Shown here: positions 28,567 through 39,438 of the stretch, piece after piece
Numbering within the stretch: the first letter of the stretch is position 1
Layout of the letters: each line of letters opens with the position of its first letter
Assembly: GCA_963796455.1 (NCBI GenBank)
Contig: CAWCLO010000003.1
Coordinates: 256,001-320,000 of the forward strand
Source of the DNA: Candidatus Sulfomarinibacteraceae bacterium
Lineage (GTDB): Bacteria; Acidobacteriota; Thermoanaerobaculia; Thermoanaerobaculales; Sulfomarinibacteraceae
Direction of reading: 5' to 3'
Length of the DNA stretch: 64,000 nt
Position numbers and translations under genes: made by a program
Notes under the pieces: model-generated
What the model saw: the letters and a program-made list of their open reading frames with translations, nothing else
Databases searched by the model: none
Told to the model about the DNA's origin: nothing

Positions 28567-29390
28567 TCTTCAGTCATCCCGGAACACCAGTTTTCGACCG
28601 CTGTGTTTCCGTAGCGGCGGCGGAGACGTCTTTCGATGTACGCCGCCTCCCACCGCGGCCGGTGCAGAGCGTAGAACCTGAGCTGCGACGGTCGATAAAT
28701 CTCGTCGACCCCCTTTTTGCTTGCAAAGCCTCCCTGATGGATGACGGAAATATCCGGATCGTGGTCCAACTTCCATCCCGCCGTCTCCATCCGGATACAG
28801 AGATCGACGTCCTCGAAATACATGAAAAAACTCTCGTCGAAACCACCGATTTCTCGAAATGCTTCGGTTCGAATCAGAACACAGGCGGCGGTGTACCAGA
28901 CGCGGCCGACCAAACGCGAAGCAAACCTGGCCAGACTCCCGTGCGCCCACGCCCGTCCTTCGAATGGATTGCGGAATACCTGCAGCGCCTCCCCCGCCAC
29001 CCCCCGGGTTGGCGACCAGACAAACTGACGACCACCATCGGGGTAATACAGATTCGGCGCCACCATGCCGATCCGCGGGTTCTCATTCATCCGAGCCTCG
29101 AAGAGCTCGAGAGCACCGGGTTCCAGCCACGCATCCACATTGAGCAGGAGCAGCGATTCTCCGGATGCCTCCGCCGCCGCCAGATTGTTGGCCGCACCGA
29201 AGCCGAGGTTTTGATCCTGCGCCAGGATCCTGGCCTCGGGAAACCGCGTTGTGATGATCTCGATCGAACGATCCGTCGAAGCATTGTCCACCACCAGGAC
29301 CTCGAGGTCCTCGCCGATGGTGCCGAGGCTCTGAAGACACCTTTCAATGAGGGCCTCGCCGTCGTGATTGACGAGAATTGCCGAGATCAT
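28563..29390 (-). CDS. Glycosyltransferase family 2 (rhamnosyltransferase-like)
   Basis: VVDNASTD, NLGFGAANN and FFMYFEDVDLC motifs. Confidence 0.92.
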   Translation of the reverse strand: MISAILVNHDGEALIERCLQSLGTIGEDLEVLVVDNASTDRSIEIITTRFPEARILAQDQNLGFGAANNLAAAEASGESLLLLNVDAWLEPGALELFEARMNENPRIGMVAPNLYYPDGGRQFVWSPTRGVAGEALQVFRNPFEGRAWAHGSLARFASRLVGRVWYTAACVLIRTEAFREIGGFDESFFMYFEDVDLCIRMETAGWKLDHDPDISVIHQGGFASKKGVDEIYRPSQLRFYALHRPRWEAAYIERRLRRRYGNTAVENWCSGMTEE

Positions 29391-30505
29391 GGCCGCGCCA
29401 CCTTCCGGAGCAACGCAACCAGGGCGCGAGAGGTCGTTTCCCAACTCCATTGCCGGCTCAAATCCACGGCCTCTGCGGCGATTCCACCGGCCATCACGGG
29501 CTGCCTCAATACCCGTGAAATGTTCTCTTGAATGGCCTCCGCCGAAAAATCGCGGCATCGGAGCGGATAATCCGGCCACAGATCGTCCAGCCCCAGTCCC
29601 CGGCTCACCACCACGGGCGTTGCGCAGGCAAGGCACTCGAGGGGTGGAAGGCCAAAGCCCTCGTAATGGGAAACATAGACGGCCACCGACGCGCCGCGAT
29701 AAAGCGGCGCCAACCATCGTTCGTCAACCCAACCCAGCTCGACCACGGAATCCGCGATTCCGAGATCGTTGATCCATCGCCGGAACTCGGCGGGTCGTCG
29801 TAACCGATTAGCCCCGGCGATCACCAGTTTCTGATCGGGAAACTGCCGCGTGATTCCGGCGAAAGCCTGCAGCACCTGCTGCGGCATCCTGCGTTCGAGG
29901 ATCGTGCCGAGCCAAAGCACATAGGGTCCGGTGATACCGAGTTCGGCGAGCACGGGTTGATCCGCGTCCGAGGACTGCGGAGAAAACAGGCTGTGTTTCA
30001 CGCCGAGAGGAATCACCGATACCTCGTCCGGCGATACCGGGTACCGCTGCACCACCTCGTCCCTGATGTGGTCTGCCGGGACGAATATGTGCTGTGCCAC
30101 GCGCGCCGAGCGACGGGCCAGCAGACGACGGCGCCAGCGCTCCTTCGGACCGAATTCCTGCGGCAGGATCTCGAAACTGAGATCGTGAATGCTGACCGCC
30201 GACGGCCCCCGATAACTCAGAGGCAAGGAGTAGGAAGGGCCAAAGAGCACATCGAGTTCGTATTCTCCAAGCTCTCGAGGAAGCCGCAGCTGCTCCCACA
30301 AAACGCGACTGCCACCGCGCTTCGAACAATGGCAAAAAAACGAGTCGCCCGCCGGGACTGCGGACGGCACCACTTCGCCTTGAAAAAAAAGATGCCACTC
30401 GCAGCCATGATTCCAGCAATCAAGACCGTCGAGAATTCCTTCGAGATAACGCCCGGCACCGGTGCTTTTGCCCTCCATCTCGGCTGCTATGACTCCGATT
30501 CTCAT
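29387..30505 (-). CDS. Glycosyltransferase family 4
   Basis: IHDLSFE and EGFGLPPLECLAC motifs. Confidence 0.9.
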   Translation of the reverse strand: MRIGVIAAEMEGKSTGAGRYLEGILDGLDCWNHGCEWHLFFQGEVVPSAVPAGDSFFCHCSKRGGSRVLWEQLRLPRELGEYELDVLFGPSYSLPLSYRGPSAVSIHDLSFEILPQEFGPKERWRRRLLARRSARVAQHIFVPADHIRDEVVQRYPVSPDEVSVIPLGVKHSLFSPQSSDADQPVLAELGITGPYVLWLGTILERRMPQQVLQAFAGITRQFPDQKLVIAGANRLRRPAEFRRWINDLGIADSVVELGWVDERWLAPLYRGASVAVYVSHYEGFGLPPLECLACATPVVVSRGLGLDDLWPDYPLRCRDFSAEAIQENISRVLRQPVMAGGIAAEAVDLSRQWSWETTSRALVALLRKVARP

Positions 30506-30673
30506 CGACGCTATCCTAACCCGGTCTTCCCGTCGGGTGTGCAAGGATTCACCAGTTGACAGTCGATCATCCCTTCGGAGACTGACAACTGACAACTGCT
30601 GACGTCGCTTTCTGGGCGCAAATCGGAAATGGTTCCAATCTTGCGCACCTCGTGCTGCGCTATCATCAGCTTC

Positions 30674-31972
30674 ATGCTTCGCCGGTTGACGACCACACTC
30701 GGGTTCTTCCTCGCCATCGTGCGCGATCTGGCCGGCACGTTGCGCGAACGCTGGCGCACCTTTCAATTGCGAGTGGTCCAGGGGGAAGAGATCGGTGTCG
30801 TCGGCGTCGATGTTTATCCGTTTTTTGAACGCATGACCGGCGTCGGCTGGTATGAGTGGAACGTGCTGGCCGCCCTCGACCGTCGAGACGATGGTCTCCG
30901 TTACAACCTCTATGCCCGGACCTTTCTCGCACCCAGCGAGGCACCCCCACCCATGATGCCGGGAAGCCGCCATATGCGGCTTCGGGTACACCAGATTCCA
31001 CCCGGGTTTCTGCTCCCCGTTGCTCCGACCCTTGCGGTCCTACGGACCTTCGTCGAACCTCTGCTCCGTTGTTTTGACGGCAACGACCTGTTCTTTGCGC
31101 CCAATTTCTTTCCCCATGGCGACCAGGAGCCCTTCGCCCATTCGCTGGTGGCCACCGTGCACGATCTCGCCTTCGCAGCCATGCCGGAGACGGTCTCGCC
31201 GGCGACGCTCGCGGAACTCGAGCGCCATCTGCCGCGGACGCTCTATCACGGGGACCGGCTGATCGCGGTCTCGGATGCCACGGCCGGAGAGCTCGTCGAC
31301 CGCCTCGGGGTCAATCCTCGATCGGTGCGGACCATTCACGAGGGCGTCGACCTCGATGCGGCTTCTTCGCTGCAACCGAATGACGAGGAGATCGAAGTCC
31401 CCGAGCAGTATCTGCTGTTTGTTTCGACCCTCGAGCCGCGAAAAAACATCACCGGAATCCTGCGCTCATTCAGACTGCTGGTCGAATGGGGTTACACCGG
31501 CGATCTGGTGTTGGTCGGCCGCTGGGGCTGGCGGACGGAAACGATCCGGGAAGAGCTCGCCAACTCACCGGTTCGCGCGAAGATCCACCATCTCGACTAC
31601 GTCGACCGCCCGCGGCTCACCGCCCTCTATGAAAACGCCGAGGCCTTTCTCTTTCCCTCGTGGCTCGAAGGTTTCGGGTTGCCGATCGTGGAGTCCATGG
31701 CATGTGGTACACCGGTGGTGACCTCCGGAACCTCGGCGATGCCCGAGATCGCCGGTCCGGCCGCCGTCTACGTGGACCCGGAGAGCCCACACGGCATCGC
31801 GTCCGCCATGGCGGCTCTCTTGCGCGATCCGCAACACCGTGACCGACTGGTCAAACTGGGGCTTGAACGGGCGCAGAAATTCGATTGGGAAAAAGCTGCC
31901 CAGGCGACCGCTACGGTGCTTCGCGACACCATTGGACTGCTGACCGAAGAGCCCGACGAATTCCGCGTGTAG
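30674..31972 (+). CDS. Glycosyltransferase family 4
   Basis: TGVGWY, STLEPRKN and EGFGLPIVESMACG motifs. Confidence 0.92.
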   Translation: MLRRLTTTLGFFLAIVRDLAGTLRERWRTFQLRVVQGEEIGVVGVDVYPFFERMTGVGWYEWNVLAALDRRDDGLRYNLYARTFLAPSEAPPPMMPGSRHMRLRVHQIPPGFLLPVAPTLAVLRTFVEPLLRCFDGNDLFFAPNFFPHGDQEPFAHSLVATVHDLAFAAMPETVSPATLAELERHLPRTLYHGDRLIAVSDATAGELVDRLGVNPRSVRTIHEGVDLDAASSLQPNDEEIEVPEQYLLFVSTLEPRKNITGILRSFRLLVEWGYTGDLVLVGRWGWRTETIREELANSPVRAKIHHLDYVDRPRLTALYENAEAFLFPSWLEGFGLPIVESMACGTPVVTSGTSAMPEIAGPAAVYVDPESPHGIASAMAALLRDPQHRDRLVKLGLERAQKFDWEKAAQATATVLRDTIGLLTEEPDEFRV

Positions 31973-31994
31973 CCCATCCCGGTCCCAGCGAAAT

Positions 31995-32890
<896 letters not shown>

Positions 32891-32913
32891 CCTGGTTCGG
32901 GGCCCAGAAACTC

Positions 32914-34314
32914 TCAGGCTTTGGCGGCGAAGAAGGCGAGGCGAAGGGTCCGCCACAGAATCTTGATATCGAGCCCGAGGCTCCAGTTCTCGATGTAGTA
33001 GAGATCGTGCACGATGCGTTGCCGGATCGAGGTATCGCCACGGAGGCCGTTGACCTGGGCCCACCCCGTCAGACCTGCCCGAACCCGGTGGCGGACGTTG
33101 TACGCGGGATATCGGTTGCGAAAACGCTCGACGAATTTCGGCTGCTCGGGGCGCGGACCAACCAGCGACATATCGCCACGCAATACGTTGTAGAGCTGCG
33201 GCAGCTCATCCAGATTAGTGCGCCGCAGGAAGGCCCCGATCGACGTGACTCGCGAATCCTGATTGCGGGTCCATTGCGACTCGTCTTCGGCGTCGCTTCT
33301 CATCGACCGGAACTTGTAGAGCTCGAACGAACGGCCATCCATACCCGTCCTCACCTGCGAGAAAAAGATCGGCCCACCATCCTCGCGTTTGATCAGGAGG
33401 GCGACGATGGGAAAGAGCCAGGAGGTCACGAGCAGAAGAGTCGCCGAACCGAAGATGTCGAAGGCGCGTTTGACGATCTGATTCCAACCCTGGAGCGGTA
33501 TCTGGGTGAGGTTGATCAACGGCAGACCGTCGAGATCCTCGATTCCGGCCCGCATGACGTAGTACTGCAGGACATCCGGAACGACCTTGATGTCCATCAG
33601 CATCTGTCCCGCCCGCCGGACCAGCTGCACCGTTCGATAGTGGGCGGCCAGGGGCAGGGCGATCATGACCTGATCGACCCGTTTCTCCTCGACGATTTTT
33701 TCCAGATCCCGGGTGGTTCCGAGCACCGGAACGTTTTGGATGTCCCGTTGCTGTCGTCCCGGGTCATCATCGAGAAAGCCGACGATCTCGAAACCATATT
33801 CTTCGTGCGCTTCAAGTCGTTCCACCACCAGTCGACCGAGATCTCCGGCGCCGATGACGAGGACCCTGTGGAGATTGCCGCCGGATCGGCGGATCCTGGC
33901 CAGCGCCGCACCGAGGGTGTAGCGGAAGAAGCTGACGGTCAGTGTCTCGGCAACCGCAAAGATGGCAATAAAGAGACGCGAGTAGGTGAAGTTTTCGGGG
34001 CGATAGAAGGTCAGACCCGCGGTGAGGAGGACCGTCGCCAGGAACACGGCCACCGTGACCCGCATCGACTCGTCGAAGCGGGAGCGTATTCGCCGCCGGT
34101 GATACAGACCTTGAAAATAGAAGACCGTCGGAAAGAGGACCAGGACCACCGGCAGGAGTTGGAGGTACTTCTGGAACGGCGGCATGCCTTTGGTGACAGG
34201 TTGGATTTCGACCACGAAGCGCAGCCAGTAGGCAAACAGAAAGGCGACCCCGGTGGCCAGCACATCGCCGACGAGCTTCACCACACCCTCGATCTGGCGA
34301 CGACGTTCAATCAC
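32914..34314 (-). CDS. Undecaprenyl-phosphate glucose phosphotransferase (WcaJ-like)
   Basis: TM N-terminus; VIGAG, KRAFD, KFRSM, DELPQL, MSLVGPRPE and GLTGWAQVNGLRG motifs. Confidence 0.93.
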   Translation of the reverse strand: MIERRRQIEGVVKLVGDVLATGVAFLFAYWLRFVVEIQPVTKGMPPFQKYLQLLPVVLVLFPTVFYFQGLYHRRRIRSRFDESMRVTVAVFLATVLLTAGLTFYRPENFTYSRLFIAIFAVAETLTVSFFRYTLGAALARIRRSGGNLHRVLVIGAGDLGRLVVERLEAHEEYGFEIVGFLDDDPGRQQRDIQNVPVLGTTRDLEKIVEEKRVDQVMIALPLAAHYRTVQLVRRAGQMLMDIKVVPDVLQYYVMRAGIEDLDGLPLINLTQIPLQGWNQIVKRAFDIFGSATLLLVTSWLFPIVALLIKREDGGPIFFSQVRTGMDGRSFELYKFRSMRSDAEDESQWTRNQDSRVTSIGAFLRRTNLDELPQLYNVLRGDMSLVGPRPEQPKFVERFRNRYPAYNVRHRVRAGLTGWAQVNGLRGDTSIRQRIVHDLYYIENWSLGLDIKILWRTLRLAFFAAKA

Positions 34315-35405
34315 TTACGAGCTTCTCCAAACCCGAGCCGATCGAGGAGAAATCCAAAACGTGTACGGAAGCGTTCACGGGAAAAGAGATCGGCTCGCTG
34401 CTGCAAAAGCCTGGCGTCCCAGGAGCGATCGAGAACCCGCGCGGTGGCGTCGGCAAGGGCCTCCACCGACTCGCCCTCCGCCAGATCGCCCTCGATCCCG
34501 GCGCGCACGATGTCCGCCGTCCCCGAATGTGCGAGACCGACCACCGGCGTGCCGCAGGCCAGGGCCTCGACCGACGCCATTCCAAAGTCCTCGATATTGG
34601 GTACGAGCAGAGCCCCGGCGCGCCGGTACGCGTCGCGCAGCTCGTCGCGCCCGAGCCAACCGCAAAAGCGGACATCCGATCCGCCGAGCCGACGCATCGC
34701 CCGCATCCTCGGACCGGTGCCGATGATCTCCAGTTTTCGACCCAGCTTCCGGGCAACCGCAATCGCGACCTCCACCCTCTTGTACGGAACAAGGGCCGCA
34801 ACCGTCAGGAGATGATCGCCGTGCTCACCCCCGGGGGTGAAGTACTCCGTCGCCACCGGCGGCGGGATGACCTCGGCCGTCCGGTTCCAATAGTGCTTGA
34901 TCCGCCAGGCAACGAGACGGGAGTTGGCGACCAGGCGGTCGACCCTGGCCGATGACACCATGTCCCACTGGCGAAGACGCGCAAAGCCCATCTCGAAGAA
35001 GGGGCGCATCAGCCGTGGCAGGGGCTCGAGATACTGCGCCCGCTGATCCCAGATATAACGCATCGGTGTATGGACATAGCTGAGGTGGAAGGCCCCGGGC
35101 GGCGGGATCACGCCTTTGGCGACCGCGTGCGAAGACGAGATCACGAGATCAGCGCCGGAAAATGCGAGGCTTTCCGCTGCCGCCGGCATCAGCGGCAAAA
35201 GGTGGCGCCAACGACGTCCGCCAAAGGACAGGGATTGCAGCCACGAGGTTTTGATCTCATGCTCCTCGAGCAAGGGAGCCACACTTCCGGCACGGTGCAC
35301 GAGGGTGTGAATCGTGGCGTCCGGAAACAGCCGCGCGATGTCATACAAAACCCACTCGCCACCGCGCATCCCGGTCAACCAGTCGTGAACCAACGCAACC
35401 CGCAA
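34311..35405 (-). CDS. Glycosyltransferase family 4
   Basis: VALVHDWLTGMRGGE, HTPMRYIWD and EDFGMASVEALACG motifs. Confidence 0.93.
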   Translation of the reverse strand: MRVALVHDWLTGMRGGEWVLYDIARLFPDATIHTLVHRAGSVAPLLEEHEIKTSWLQSLSFGGRRWRHLLPLMPAAAESLAFSGADLVISSSHAVAKGVIPPPGAFHLSYVHTPMRYIWDQRAQYLEPLPRLMRPFFEMGFARLRQWDMVSSARVDRLVANSRLVAWRIKHYWNRTAEVIPPPVATEYFTPGGEHGDHLLTVAALVPYKRVEVAIAVARKLGRKLEIIGTGPRMRAMRRLGGSDVRFCGWLGRDELRDAYRRAGALLVPNIEDFGMASVEALACGTPVVGLAHSGTADIVRAGIEGDLAEGESVEALADATARVLDRSWDARLLQQRADLFSRERFRTRFGFLLDRLGFGEARK

Positions 35406-36521
35406 TCAGACCTCCCCGAGGGCCAACCTATATACGGCCACCGTTTCCTCCACCGTCCGTTCCCAACTCAGGCTCTCTGCACGTCGCCGGCCGGCCTCGA
35501 CCATGCGTCGACGAAGAGGATCGTCCACCAGCACCTTTTCGATCGCCTCCGCCACCTCGTCGACCTCGAGGGGGTTGACCAGCCGGGCGGAACCCTCTCC
35601 AAGCTCGCGCATCGCACCAAGGTTGGAGGTCACTACCGGGAGACCGGCACACATCGCCTCCAACACCGGCAGACCAAAACCCTCGTAGAGCGACACGTGC
35701 AACAGCATCGCTGCCATATGGTACATCGCCTGCAGATGGGTGCGCGGCACCCGGCCCAACAATCGCACCCGATCGCCAAGACCAAGACGTTCGGCGCGGT
35801 CATGGAGTCGGCTCTGAGCATCGGCCCCACCGAGGAAGACCAACTGCCCCGGCACCCTGTGTTCGCGAACCGCCAGGTGGTAGGCGCGCAGGACGAGATC
35901 GAGGTTTTTGTGCGGCTTGTCGTTGGAAACCACCAGGACGATCGGCGACCTGAGGCCATAGTGGGCCTTGAGAGAATCCAGATCCTCCTTGGACGGACGA
36001 TCGGCCAGCGCGGGATCGACTCCGTTCGGAACGACCACAATCCGTTTTGGATCGGCGGCCAGGAGATTGATGAGATCGCGCCGGGAGGAACGTGAAACCG
36101 TGATGACCCGGCGTGACCGGCGCAGCGCCGAACCCATCATCAATCGAAGATAGAGCCGCGCGAGGTGGGGACGGTCCTTTGGCGGGTAGAACAGCTGGAT
36201 GAGATCGTGAACCGTGACCACCACCGGCTTCGGGATCAACCGCGGCGCCACATAGTGGGGAAAGTGAATGAGATCTACACGCTCTCGCCACAGCATTGCC
36301 GGCAACTGCAGATGTTCGGCGACTCCGTAGCCACGAGCCGAGCTCGTGACCACCCGCGCCCGCGGAGCGAGGTTGGAGACCCGTTCCTCGTGACCCGAAC
36401 GGGCAATCACGGTGAGATCGAGGTCGGTTCGTTGATCGAGTCCACGGAGCAGCGCCCGCAGATAGGTGCCGATCCCGAAATCGGTCAACTTGCGCCCGTC
36501 GAGCGCCAACCTCATTCCCAT
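35406..36521 (-). CDS. Glycosyltransferase family 4
   Basis: GIGTY, KPHKNL and EGFGLPVLEAM motifs. Confidence 0.93.
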   Translation of the reverse strand: MGMRLALDGRKLTDFGIGTYLRALLRGLDQRTDLDLTVIARSGHEERVSNLAPRARVVTSSARGYGVAEHLQLPAMLWRERVDLIHFPHYVAPRLIPKPVVVTVHDLIQLFYPPKDRPHLARLYLRLMMGSALRRSRRVITVSRSSRRDLINLLAADPKRIVVVPNGVDPALADRPSKEDLDSLKAHYGLRSPIVLVVSNDKPHKNLDLVLRAYHLAVREHRVPGQLVFLGGADAQSRLHDRAERLGLGDRVRLLGRVPRTHLQAMYHMAAMLLHVSLYEGFGLPVLEAMCAGLPVVTSNLGAMRELGEGSARLVNPLEVDEVAEAIEKVLVDDPLRRRMVEAGRRRAESLSWERTVEETVAVYRLALGEV

Positions 36522-36589
36522 GGGGCCATTGTAGCGTCAACGCTCGGGGCGCACGGATTCGGGTTGCGGGCGGACCGACGCTCGGCCCT

Positions 36590-37215
36590 CCCGGATGATG
36601 CAGGATTCAAGATCACACTCATCCATGACAGCGCCTTGGACAGCGATCAGGGACGGCGACCCGGATCGGCGGACAGCGTCAGCGTCCGGTCATCAGCGAC
36701 AGGAATCGGCGGCAGCGAACAGCAGACCTTCGATGGTGGAAAACACCTTCTATGGATCCTCGCTCTCACGGTGACCCATAGCTGTAGGGATTATTGAGCT
36801 GGTTGAATACACTCAAGATGTCATCCTGAGCGGAGCCCCCACAGGGGCGTAGTCGAAGGATCTATGAGATGAAACGGAAAGAACCTCGCCCGCAGAACCT
36901 GCCCTGAGCGAGCAGCGCGAGTCGAACGGGTCCTTCGACTGCGCGCCGAAGGCGCTGCGCTCAGGATGACATCGGGAGGCGACATTCGTTTGCGTGCGGA
37001 ATCCGTGACGGGTGGCTCTCGCTGAAGACGGCCGCTGTTGACTGAACGCTGAACACTGACCGCTGCCCCTGTTCGCTGTTACCTGACGCTGGACACTGCC
37101 GCTGGCGACTGTTCGCTGCCGCTGCCCCTGATCGCCGTCCGAGACTCTGTCTTGGACAAGTATGATCCAGCATCCAGCATCCAGCATCGAGTATCGAGTA
37201 TCGAGCATCTTGCGC
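36590..37215. mobile_element. Composite element: two facing right-end modules enclosing a long palindrome
   Basis: Right hairpin on minus strand 36621-36641 and on plus strand 37137-37157; CAGCG/CGCTG flanks; palindrome 36817-36973. Confidence 0.5.
36817..36973. repeat. Long palindromic extragenic element, copy 2
   Basis: Shares about 50 nt GATGTCATCCTGAGCGGAGCCCCC..AGGGGCG.AGTCGAAGGATCTATGAGA with 4206-4260. Confidence 0.85.
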
Positions 37216-37251
37216 CCTGCATCCCGGCCGTCCGCCGCTATACTGACCCCA

Positions 37252-38175
37252 ATGCGAACTGCCGTGGTCATCCCGTCGATCGGCGCTCGATCGCTTTCCG
37301 AGTGTCTCGAGTCGGTTCGGAGACTCGATCCCGCGCCCACCGAGGTGCTGGTGGTCTTTTCGGGAAACCGAGACCTTCCAGAACTCGATCCGGACATCCA
37401 GGTTCTTCAATTCGACCATCGGCTCGGATTCGCCGAAGCCTGTAACGCCGGGATCAATGCTGTCTGGGAGCGTGTCGATGCGGTGGCCCTGATCAATGAC
37501 GATGCCTTTGTCAGCCCCCAATGGCTCGGCCGGCTGGTTGAATTCCTCGGAATCGACCCGAAGTTGGCGGCCGTTCAAGGGACGGTCATCGACGCCGCTG
37601 GAAATCGGATCGATGGCCGCGGCGTCGAGATCAGCCGCTGGGGTCTCGCCTTTCAGGTGGATCGCGGTCTCGTTGCCGAACCCGAACCGGAGCGACCCAT
37701 CCCGAGAATCGCGGTCTCCGCCACTGCCGCCCTCTACCGATCTGTTGCCCTCCGCGAAGTTTCATTCAAAACCGCGACGGTTTTTGATCCTCGATTCGAC
37801 AGCTACCACGAGGACGTCGACCTCGGCCTCCGTCTGACTCGCCTCGCGTGGCGCTCGTGTTGGGTCCCGGGCGCCGAGTGCCGCCACCTTGGTTCCTCGT
37901 CGGGCGCCCGGCTCGGTTGGCGCCATCCCTGGTGGCTGCTCGCCAACCCATGGCGGGTGATCTCCGGCAATCTTGGACGATGGCCCACCATCAAAACGAT
38001 TCCCAAGACCTGTTGGGGCGAGGCCCGGGCGACCCTGCGGATGGCTCGGAACAATCCACGCGCCGTAGCCGCGGCCGGTCTGGTCGCCGCGGCACTTCCA
38101 TTTCTCATCCTCTCGGGTTGGAGGAGGACGACCCCGGGCGACCGGTTCACTCGTCTTCCGGAGAAGTACTCATGA
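37252..38175 (+). CDS. Glycosyltransferase family 2
   Basis: LGFAEACNAG, LINDDA and SYHEDVDLG motifs. Confidence 0.9.
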   Translation: MRTAVVIPSIGARSLSECLESVRRLDPAPTEVLVVFSGNRDLPELDPDIQVLQFDHRLGFAEACNAGINAVWERVDAVALINDDAFVSPQWLGRLVEFLGIDPKLAAVQGTVIDAAGNRIDGRGVEISRWGLAFQVDRGLVAEPEPERPIPRIAVSATAALYRSVALREVSFKTATVFDPRFDSYHEDVDLGLRLTRLAWRSCWVPGAECRHLGSSSGARLGWRHPWWLLANPWRVISGNLGRWPTIKTIPKTCWGEARATLRMARNNPRAVAAAGLVAAALPFLILSGWRRTTPGDRFTRLPEKYS

Positions 38176-39047
38176 CCTCGGTCGCCGCAGTGGTCGTCCG
38201 TTGGAAAAATGGCGACGAAATCCGCCGCTGTCTGCAATCCTTGATCGATCTGGGAGGTGACTGCCTGCAACGGATCATCCTGGTGGACTCGGGCTCGGGC
38301 GACGGCGGCGCCGAGCGCCTCCGGACCGACTTCCCTGATGTGGATGTCGTTGCCCTCGAGGAAAACCTCGGCTTTGCCCATGCCGTCAATCGAGGCGCTG
38401 CTAACGCCGATGAACCCCTCCTGATGGTGCTCAACCCCGACACCGAGGTCCGCGCCAATGCAATCGACTCTCTGGCCGGCGTCCTCGACGAACGTCCGGC
38501 CACCGCTGCTTCGGTGCCGCTGCTCGAGTCGGTCGACGGCAGCAGCCAGCACGAATGGCAGCTCCGGCGCCTCCCGACACCCCTCCAACTCGCTCTCGGT
38601 CGTTCGGGCGCCCCGCAGTTTTCAAACCCGCCGGCCACGATCCTTCCGGTCGAACAACCCGCAGCGGCGGCATGGTTGGTCCGTCGTCAAGTATGGGATG
38701 CAATCGGCGGTCTCGATGCCGGCTATGTGCCTGCCTGGTGGGAGGACGTGGATTTCTGTGCCCGGCTTCAGGGACGCCTCGCCGACCCCGAATTTTCGAG
38801 CACCGAGGGCTTCGTCGTCGAACCAAGGGCCCGATTCACCCACGTCGGCGGTTCCAGCGTCAAGGAGTTGGACGACGCGACTTTTCTCGTTGCGTATTAC
38901 AGGAATCTCTTGCGCTACGCCGCCCAACACCACCCCGATCACTTCAGAACCATTCGGGCAGGTCTTCGACTCAGCCTCAAGACCCGAGGCATCCTCCGTC
39001 CGGGACGGCGGCAAGCTTACGCGACCGTTCTCGACGCTTTGCGCTGA
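38172..39047 (+). CDS. Glycosyltransferase family 2
   Basis: LVDSGSGD, NLGFAHAVN, LNPDT and WWEDVDFC motifs; ATGA overlap. Confidence 0.9.
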   Translation: MTSVAAVVVRWKNGDEIRRCLQSLIDLGGDCLQRIILVDSGSGDGGAERLRTDFPDVDVVALEENLGFAHAVNRGAANADEPLLMVLNPDTEVRANAIDSLAGVLDERPATAASVPLLESVDGSSQHEWQLRRLPTPLQLALGRSGAPQFSNPPATILPVEQPAAAAWLVRRQVWDAIGGLDAGYVPAWWEDVDFCARLQGRLADPEFSSTEGFVVEPRARFTHVGGSSVKELDDATFLVAYYRNLLRYAAQHHPDHFRTIRAGLRLSLKTRGILRPGRRQAYATVLDALR

Positions 39048-39054
39048 GACCTCA

Positions 39055-39345
39055 ACCTCTTGGCTCCATTCAGGGACAGCAATCAGGTGCGGTGACGAAC
39101 TGACTACATCCGGGTCGTTCAACAGACGGAACAGTCGCTGTGGTGTTGGCGTCTCGCCTGCACACCGTGCGGCCGAGACGGCCGCACCACCAAGATCGGA
39201 GCCCCGAAGAAGTGAGGGCTGTTCGCTGTCCCGGCCGCTGATCGCTGTTTTCGGTCGCTGCTTCCTGTCGCTGGCCGCTGTTCACTGTCCCTGTCGCTGA
39301 AAACTGTCGCTGCCGCTGCAATTCGGACACGGACGCGGCACGAAG
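39055..39345 (+). mobile_element. Gene-less copy of the modular element with a REP-like doublet and a remnant of the four-helix-bundle 3' end
   Basis: TCCGGGTCGTTCAACAGA 39109-39126; doublet 39139-39190; CCGAAGAAGTGA plus downstream flank 39204-39247; left motif inverted at 39303-39326. Confidence 0.6.
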
Positions 39346-39438
39346 CCGATAGAGCCCGTGATTTCATGTCGAGTCGGAAGCTCTCGGTAGGTTAGCGCGC
39401 ACGGGGCTTTCATCCGCCCGTTCGACCGCAAATTTTTC

